Source: Enhygromyxa salina (lineage in GTDB: Bacteria > Myxococcota_A > Polyangia > Nannocystales > Nannocystaceae). From it: DNA of 54,364 bases. The stretch is taken from contig NZ_PVNL01000139.1 in assembly GCF_002994635.1 (NCBI RefSeq), positions 146,055 to 200,418 of the forward strand. The letters are read 5' to 3'. The notes beneath the pieces were generated by a model. It did no database searches, was not told where the DNA came from, and worked only from the letters and a program-made list of their open reading frames with translations. Position 1 is the first letter of the stretch. Each line of letters starts with the position of its first letter. Shown piece by piece: positions 53,589 to 54,364 of the stretch. A program made the translations under genes and the position numbers.

Positions 53589-54364
53589 CTAGATTCCCGC
53601 GAGCAGCAGGAGCGTGGGATCTTCGAGAAAGCGCCGAACTTCTTGCAGGAAGCTGGCCCCCTCGAACCCGTCGACGACGCGATGGTCGAACGAGACGGAC
53701 AGGTTCATGATGTGCCCGATCCCGATCTGATCGTCGTCGGTGACGACGGGGACCTTGCGAATTGCGTGGACGCCCAGGATCCCGACCTCGGGGTAGTTGA
53801 GGATCGGCGTGGCGAGCACCCCACCGATCGAGCCGAGGCTGGTGACCGAGAAGGTCGATCCGCTCAGCTCGTCGCGGCTGAGCGACCCGGCCTTGGCGCC
53901 CTCGCCCAATCGCGCGACCTCGCGGGCGATGTCGAGCAAGCTGAGCGTGTCGGCGTCGTGGATCACCGGGACCATGAGGCCCTGCGGCGTCGCGGCGGCG
54001 ACTCCGACGTGATAGCGCTGCTTGAGGATGATCCGACCATTCGCCTCATCGAGCTCGGCGTTGACGATCGGGAACCGCTTGAGCGCGTGGCAGACCGCCT
54101 TGATGATGAACGGCAGATAGCTGAGCGAGACGCCCTGTTGCTGGGCGGCCGCCTTGGCCTGGTTGCGCAGCTCGACGAGGCGGGTGACGTCGATCTGTTC
54201 GACGTAGGTGTAGTGGACCGCCGTCGTGTACGAGCGGACCAGGCCCTCGGCGATCCGTCGACGCATGCCACGAAAGGGAATGGTCTGATCTTCGCGGTCG
54301 GCGACGCGCTGCGCTGGCGCGGGGCGGCTGGGCGCGGGGGCGGGCGCGCGCGCGGCTGGTAGGG
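53589..54364 (-). CDS. 2-oxoacid dehydrogenase E2 (dihydrolipoamide acyltransferase), C-terminal catalytic domain; 5' partial, continues beyond window
   Basis: Catalytic motif DHRVVDG; Pro/Ala-rich linker (PAPAP...) in frame with no stop up to the window edge; immediately upstream of lpdA. Confidence 0.85.
   Translation of the reverse strand, partial: LPAARAPAPAPSRPAPAQRVADREDQTIPFRGMRRRIAEGLVRSYTTAVHYTYVEQIDVTRLVELRNQAKAAAQQQGVSLSYLPFIIKAVCHALKRFPIVNAELDEANGRIILKQRYHVGVAAATPQGLMVPVIHDADTLSLLDIAREVARLGEGAKAGSLSRDELSGSTFSVTSLGSIGGVLATPILNYPEVGILGVHAIRKVPVVTDDDQIGIGHIMNLSVSFDHRVVDGFEGASFLQEVRRFLEDPTLLLLAGI

Overview
This window is about 70% GC and looks like a chromosomal segment of a myxobacterium-like organism (Myxococcota-type), inferred from the many lipoproteins, a TPR-containing Ser/Thr kinase and REP-like intergenic repeats. 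The long six-frame ORFs are dominated by spurious antisense read-throughs, so I called genes from motifs, start-codon context and gene-to-gene coupling.

The housekeeping backbone is a Ser/Thr kinase, the dnaG-rpoD operon, a CPBP protease-HAD hydrolase-nadC overlap chain, a SpoIVB-like S55 peptidase, rnhA, ychF, apbE, tsaC, a class II amidotransferase, aat, and lpdA plus the E2 acyltransferase at the right edge.

The most interesting region is a roughly 10.4 kb island (about 19947-30309). It is bracketed by a 119-bp direct repeat that duplicates the 3' end of the secreted-protein gene at 17845..19944. The island carries a five-gene minus-strand operon: an unknown 460-aa protein, a 718-aa two-HKD phospholipase-D-family nuclease, a 982-aa SNF2-family helicase, McrB (AAA+ GTPase with N-terminal Mrr_N-like winged-helix domains) and McrC. 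Four of the five junctions are ATGA/GTGA/TGATG overlaps. No methyltransferase or integrase is visible. I interpret this as a candidate composite modification-dependent (type IV-like) defence system that I cannot assign to a named family.

Other points worth a second look:
- a zinc dCMP/cytidine deaminase with an abutting upstream ORF (possible split or frameshifted AvcD/dCTP-deaminase-like defence protein)
- a family of composite palindromic repeat elements at about 15.0 kb and 46.1 kb, each ending in TGTGGGGGTCTAAAAA just before a start codon
- a 10-bp tandem repeat (CCGATCACTC x8) in the promoter region of a vWA lipoprotein gene
- tandem vWA lipoprotein paralogs and a Cys-rich lipoprotein, all carrying (TE)n/(GD)n acidic linkers encoded by hexanucleotide repeats
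- a roughly 330-bp AT-rich island
- an HTTM-domain three-gene coupled operon
- a methyltransferase with a long repetitive Pro-rich acidic tail
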